From Octopus vulgaris (taxonomy: Eukaryota), in NCBI GenBank assembly GCA_951406725.2, contig OX597825.1:80972001-81036000 (forward strand): 64,000 nucleotides of DNA, read 5' to 3'. The first letter of the stretch is position 1, and every line of letters begins with the position of its first letter. The notes under the pieces were generated by a model that saw nothing but the letters and a program-made list of their open reading frames with translations, did not search any database and had not been told where the DNA came from. Both the position numbers and the translations under genes were made by a program. Positions 56,594 to 64,000 of the stretch are shown in pieces.

Positions 56594-57060
56594 GGTGCAG
56601 GTGTGGTTGCGTAGTAAAAAACTTCCTTCCCAATCACGTAGTTTTGGGTTCAGTCTCACTGCTTGACACGAAGTATCTTCCACTATAGCCTCTGGATAGC
56701 CAAGTCCTTGTGAGTAGATTTGGTAGAGGTGAACTAAAAGAAACCCGTCGTATATATATATATATATATCACGTGATCACGTGACTGACCAGACCATCAG
56801 ATGTTGCTACACATCGCTGGTCACAATGTGTTTCGCATTGTTTTAGCCTTCGAAGGACGCGACCCCGCTGGCTAAGCGAAGAAAGAGTGGAAGAAAGAGT
56901 GGTGAAAGAGTACAGCAGGGATCACCCCCCCCCCTGCCGGAGCCTCGTGGAGCTTTTAAGTGTTTTTGCTCAATAAACACTCACAACGTCCAGTCTGGGA
57001 ATCGAAACCGCGATCCTACGACCGCGAGTTCGCTGCCCTAACCACTGAGCCATTGCACCT

Positions 57061-57158
<98 letters not shown>

Positions 57159-57410
57159 GCATATATACATGTGTGTGTTGTGCTTGTGCTAGTCTTTGCA
57201 TCTGTGTTTGTCCCCTACTACTGCTTGATAACCGGTATTGGTGTGTTTATGTTCCCGTCAACTAGCTGTTCGGCAAAAATGAACCGATAGAATAAGTACT
57301 ACGCCTAAAATAATAAATCCTGGCTTCGATTGGTTCGACTAAAAGCCCTCAAGGCGGTGCCCCAGCATGGCCACACTCAAATGACTCTAACAAGTAAGAC
57401 ACGTAAAAGA
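56594..57410 (+). mobile_element. SINE family B interrupted by a nested SINE C
   Basis: 5' part 56594-56760, 3' part ~57170-57410. Confidence 0.8.
56768..57062 (-). mobile_element. SINE family C nested in the microsatellite of SINE B
   Basis: ggaggtgcaatggctcagtggttaggg head, ggtttcgattccc B box. Confidence 0.88.
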
Positions 57411-57851
57411 TCAAAGAGAGTAACTAATGTGAGGACGCGTGGCCTAGTGAGTAGGGGTGTCTGTTTTATAACCCTAATATCGTGGGGTTAATTTCAGGAT
57501 CGAGTGGTACATTGCGCCCTTGAGTAAGGCATTTTATTTTATGTTGCTTCTGTCGACTCAGTTATTGAGTGCTTGCCTTGCGACGGTGCAACCCTGTCTT
57601 TACGTCTGGTAGCCTGGCTGCACCTCTCGGTCAAACAATGGTACAATGGAGAAAATGTCTATGTTTCTTCTGGACAACGTAGGCATCTACAACAATCATC
57701 GAAAGGGTGGGACTTAGTAATAAAGCTTACTCGGTGGTGAGTGACAACTGGCTGTCCTACAGCAATTACAGACGATGGGTTGATATTTCTGAATTCACTA
57801 ACAACTCAAAGATTTTCGAGTTTACTACGTCAATAGCACACATACCAACAT

Positions 57852-58364
<513 letters not shown>

Positions 58365-58685
58365 AGGAAAAACGTCGTTGATGTTTCGAGGCTACGCTCT
58401 GCTTCAAAAACATGAGTATAGGGAAAAGATTGAGAGAAAAAAAAAAAAAAGAAAAAAACAAACGGATCTGAATTAAATGGTCACTGCATGTTGAAATGAC
58501 CGGAAGAAGAAGAACTTGACGTGCGGAGTGGGTGGCAAAGGAGATAACGGTGACTTCATATATGATTGTGTGTGTTTGGAAGCACGTGTGTGTGTGTATG
58601 AAGCTAATATACACACATATAAGCAGACATATATATATATATATACATACATACATATGTGTGTGTATGTATGTATTTATGTATG

Positions 58686-58813
<128 letters not shown>

Positions 58814-59769
58814 AAGCATCTATACACCCCAACTCTTTAACACAGAGACAGCTTACTAGAACAGTAAAAATATTTTTTTCATTAAAACCAGAAAAAAAAC
58901 GATGTTTAATATAATAGAATAAACATAGAATATGGTAAAATGGCCAGTTCTTGGGGGAAAAAAACGAGAAAACATTTAAACGATGACATAAAATGATTAC
59001 CAGAAAGTGTTTGATAGTGTGGTATACGCTTAAACACTGGAAACATTAGCCGTAAATAAATTAGATATTCTATTAAAGCAGTACCGTATGGTATTAAGCT
59101 GCCATAAACAGAATTTACCAATAATGTGGAGGAAAGAAAAAATATAGGAATTAAATCAATTTTCGAAAATAGACATTTTTTAATATTTTATTTTGTTTTT
59201 GTCTGCAATGCTTCCGATGTTTTGTTTGTTTTTTCTTCTCATAATTGACATCCTTTAACTGATTGGTTGAAAGAAATCAGAGGTAATAATTTCGAAGTAA
59301 TTGACTTAACCATAAGTCGTGTGTTGTAAATTAGATGACAAAACGTTGACTCAACAGATGGCTAAAATGTCTATGATAGATGTAGAAATGTAAATACGAC
59401 ATTGATACATAAATATTGTTCGATCAAACCTACGAGCGGAAATTAACGGTTATAAAGAATGGTTATGTTTACTGCCGCAGCCAGATGCAAGCAGATTGCG
59501 TAAATATTCTAATAAAAAAGAAACTGAACAAATCCATGAGAACGCCACCGTGTGCTCGCTCGACTTACTAGAAATAGTAGCTAGATATATTTCTATCTGC
59601 TATAAATGCTTTTCTTTCTTCTTCAGATCATTTTCTCCTTTTAAAACTATTTTTCTTGTCAAAATACTCATTTCTCTCTTCTACAAACATATTTCTCTTC
59701 TGTAAATCCATTTCTCACTTATATTGACTATTTATCTCTTCTACAAATCTATTTCTCTCTTGTATAAAT

Positions 59770-60480
59770 CGACAAGTGTCATAGTGAAAGCAAGATGTGG
59801 GTCCCATGGTGAAAATGGGGACCAACGACCGGCGCAATTCGCTGATTGCCTGAATTATCATAAAAATGAGTGGTCACGACGCATCATGACGATTAAACGT
59901 GTATCACTTGAAGATTTTTGCATGCTTTCATCGCCCTATTGGCATTTTAAGAGTCTCTTTGTACCACTCGCTGTTCAAGGCACAGTCACATTCCAGAAAA
60001 TTAAGGAGAATGAGGTGTTTTTATTCCTTAAAACAGTTATCTGACTTTCTATGCTGATCACTTATTCTTGAACTTCTTAGGCCTTGCAGAAGAGTGTTGC
60101 CATTCCATGTTTGAGTTTTCTTTCCTCGGTCATAAAGATTATATCATGTGTCATTCCCAATCACCAGATTAGATGATAATCGTGTCTTTATTCTCTTCAA
60201 ATACTTCCAGCAGATCAGACCAGATTTCCATCCTTCTCTCCTTCAAATCGAAAGTTGACTCTCGAAGGCCTCCACTCCATTACATACACTTTTCGATGCT
60301 GATTTCCCGCTCTTCAAATTTTTCATCCATCCGAGCACATAAACAGCCCTTAGGGTTCTGGGAATTTCGGATAGCCTGTACTTCTGTTTCGTCAAGAGCT
60401 CAATGACATGTTGCTTCGGCTTGGAACCCAATGGAGAAGAACAGGAAGAATAGTTACTACACAAGAAGAATTTCTTTACT
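59770..60480 (-). mobile_element. Highly decayed mariner transposase inserted in a ~21-bp minisatellite
   Basis: Fragments RKVYV..KERRMEIWSDLLEVFE..VIGNDT..YD..MEWQHSSARPKKFK..ILLNFL..LNSEWY; flanks are tttctcttctgtaaatcta-type repeats (59590-59770, 60550-60730). Confidence 0.7.
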
Positions 60481-61459
60481 AGCACACAATTTGAACTACC
60501 TATTGCAGTTAACAAAAAAAAATTATGTCCACTTTTGGATTATTTTCGGTAAAAACTGTATTTCTTTCTACAAATTTCTGCCTTCTGTAAATCTCTTTCC
60601 TTCTATAAATATATTTTTCCCTTCAATAAATCTATTTATTTCTTCTTTAAATGTATTTCTTTATTCGATAAACGTTTTTCTCTCTTCTGTAAATATATGT
60701 CTCTCTTCTCAATCCATTTCTCTCTCCTGAAGTAACATCCTACTATCTTAAAAAAAAACAGCGACACATTGAACAATGTAGTCCAAAATACACTTAAGAA
60801 AAACGAAATGGCCATAACTGGAACATCTCATTAAGGCTTGACCTTACTCTAAACAACAGTTTAATTAAACTCGATGTGGTCAAACCGGAACCAAACGCTA
60901 TATACTGTTTTTACAAGGAACAAAAAAACTCATCTTTTCTTTTCACGTAGGACAACAAAGTCTACGTTTTCTTAAGAAAGTTATTACAATATAATATTGG
61001 CCATAACATGGGAAAGAAATTTCTTTGAAAGGGAAACCAATTATCTCAGCGCAAAATGAAAGGAAATGAAATACCATAGAAACAAATCTTATCGTTTTAT
61101 CTTTATATTTGATATCACTGTTATTTTGGTGGAAGCAGAGAAATATCACAATATTGCCATATGAGAGAAATAAAGAAAGATATTGAAGTCAATTTACTTA
61201 GAGGGAATTTACTTACAAAGGTATATACGGAATATATACATATATATGTGTGGGTGTGTGTCTGTATAGATGCATACCACATACACACTCATATATAGAA
61301 AGTAACGGATATTAGAATAGCAAAAAGGATATCAATGAAAAATATTAGCTCTATAATCATTGCAAGCAACATTACCACGGATATTGCAAGCGTAGCAAAG
61401 ATATAAAATATTGATAAAAGAAAAAGGAATATTAATACTGATGATGCTGTTGCTGTTGC

Positions 61460-61846
61460 TGTTAAGCGAAGCAGTCTTCGTCCCAGAGCTCGCAAGATCG
61501 CGCTTCTGTAGTGGGAGAAGTCCGAAACGTGGTCCTTTGCTATCCGTAAGACCCGCAGAAGAGAAAGCAGGTCAACCCCCGACACCGAGAGCATCGACGG
61601 ATGGATGAATGCGCATCCAGGCTCTCAGCGGTTGCGTAGGAAGTCGAGGACAAGAAACAGGAAGAAAGAGTGAGAGAAAGTTGGAGCGAAAGAGTACAAC
61701 AGGGGTCGCCACCACCCCCTGCCGGACCCTCGTTGAGCTTTAGGTGTTTTCGTTCAATAAACACAAACAACGCCCGGTCTAGGAATCGAAACCGCGATCC
61801 TCCGATCGCGAGTCCGCTGCCCTAACCACTGGGCCATTGCGCCTCC
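61460..61846 (-). mobile_element. SINE family C
   Basis: ggaggcgcaatggcccagtggttagggcagcggactcgc head. Confidence 0.85.
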
Positions 61847-62031
61847 ACTTACTGATGCTGCTGCAATATGAGATGAAGCACAATGAGGATCGAAACAATC
61901 AGATGACCTCGAACAAAGCCACACACAAGAATGAATGCAGGGTTGCCGAGAAGAAAAATTTCATTCTTTTCCTTGCTTCAGTTAGTTGGCTGCGGCCATG
62001 CTGGAACACCGCCCTTTAAGAATCTTAGTCG

Positions 62032-62702
62032 TATGTATGTATGTATGCATGTTTGTGTGTGTATGTATGTATGTATGTATGTATGTATGTATGTATGTAT
62101 GTATGTATGTATGTATGCATGCATGTATGTATGTATGTATGCATGTATGCATGCATGTATGTATGTATGTATGCATGTATGCATGTATGTATGTATGTAT
62201 GTATGTATGCATGCATGCATGCATGCATGTATGTATGTAAGTATGTATGTATGTATGTATGCATGTATGCATGTATGCATGTATGCATGTATGCATGGAT
62301 GTATGTGTGTATGTATGTATGCATGCATGCATGTATGTATGTATGCATGCATGCATGTATGTATGTATGTATGCATGTATGCATGTATGTATGTATGTAT
62401 ATATGTATGTATGCATGTATGCATGTATGTATGTATGTATGTATGCATGTATGTATGTATGCATGCATGCATGTATGCATGCATGTATGTATGTAAGTAT
62501 GTATGTATGTATGTATGTATGTATGTATGTATGTATGAATGCATGCATGCATGCATGTATGTATGTATGTATGTATGTATGTATGTATGTATGTATGTAT
62601 GTATGCATGCATGCATGCATGTATGCATGTATGCATGGATGTATGTATTTATGTATGTATGTATGTATGTATGTATGTATGTATGTATGTATGTATGTAT
62701 GT
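62032..62702. repeat. (TATG)/(CATG) compound microsatellite
   Basis: Direct sequence. Confidence 0.97.
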
Positions 62703-64000
62703 AGTAATTTGCAATTATCAAGAACGGAAAATAAAAGGGAAGATAAGTCGTAAAGCGAAATAATACTGCACAGTCACAAAACTACGTAGCGTAACAACAG
62801 ACCACGACATATTTAAGTCTCATGGACGCTGTGAAATTCTTCACCATTTTTTAAATGGTGTTCATGAATGAAGAGGGAAAATGAAGAGAAAAATTCTTTA
62901 CAAAAAAGAATACCTTACATAAAAGTTAACAGAGGAAATGATATTGAAAACCATCTTAAAATCATATGGTAAATAATTATCGTTAATACTTCTATAATGG
63001 TTAGTATTTCTTGGACTGTGAATAACGTAAATATATTCACATCACTAGCTCTAGCGAGTTGAGACGAAACCAAACCAGCGTTAGATTGGCAAATATCCAT
63101 GAATATTTCATGAAAATGATCTTTAGTGAAAGCAAACAGCAGAGAATATTTTAAAATTTAACTTGTTTACATTCAACACAATATACTGGGATGAAGAGAA
63201 AAATATTAACAATTATGAAAAGAAAGGAAGAATACCAACCGTTATGTTTTTCAAAGAAGCGTGCAATTTAAATCAATTGATTTTGGTTGATGATGAAGGT
63301 TCTCTTGCCCAAGCACAAGAGTGGCCTTGGAGAGTTGCTTTGTAGACATGGTTATCAACAAGTGAATTTTAGATTTGGATATAATCCAGTCAATAAGAAA
63401 ATGTGGAAGCGGCGTGTAACAAAGGACTACATTTCCTTGTCCGAGAGTATCGACCCAGGGGGGAAGAGGAGAAACGTGACATAGCTCAGCCTCACAAAGA
63501 GAAGATGGTTTTCTATATGCTCTCAAAAGATGTACAGAAGGGAGCCCAGACTATTTTGTGGAAGGATGCTGTTTCTATCGACCGGAGTAAAGTTTATGGT
63601 GGTATCAGCCCCCGTTCCTAAGACCGAGTGTGAAGAGAAAATCCAATTAGCGCTATGGCGATAAAAATCCACCCCCGCTCCATAGGATTGCAATACAATG
63701 CAAATATTTAAGAGGATTGGAATAACATTGGTCCGTGAATCGTTGCCACTGGTGTAGAGCAAATTGGGGGTGGGTGGGTGGTAAGTGATCGGGATCTGTG
63801 AGCGTGAATTTGTAGAGATCTATGAGCTTTCAACATAAGTACATGGCCATTTCGATACTTTTCTCTTGTGTGTACACAAAAAACAACAGGCACGAGATAG
63901 GTTTCTCCTCCAAGAAGCTGACAATATAAAAGATAGATATGTATGTATGCATGTATGTATGCATGTATGTATGCATGTATGTATGTATGTATGTATGTAT

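Noticed and set aside
63230-63800. Possible LINE ORF1 remnant
   Set aside because: Complex sequence with short broken ORFs but no motif I can support

Overview
AT-rich, microsatellite-saturated animal genomic DNA. The repeat landscape (several tRNA-derived SINE families, Dong/R4-, RTE- and Penelope-type retroelement relics, mariner relics, MITEs, long AT/AC/TATC/TATG/AAT tracts) looks like an octopod cephalopod genome; this is recognised from memory, not from a search. Almost all ORFs in the supplied track are microsatellite artefacts. The clearest coding candidate is a 133-aa ORF at 40747-41148 (+). It encodes a tail-anchored single-TM protein with four PKA-type motifs, and its last 57 aa resemble the SERCA regulators phospholamban and sarcolipin. 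Other signals are a U6 snRNA-SINE chimeric retrocopy (14325-14839, -), several minimal hammerhead-ribozyme-like motifs in Penelope-type short repeats, a locally copied SINE 3' half carrying flank sequence, and a dispersed family of mutually similar minus-strand exon-like modules. All alignments were done by eye and element boundaries are approximate unless motifs are quoted.
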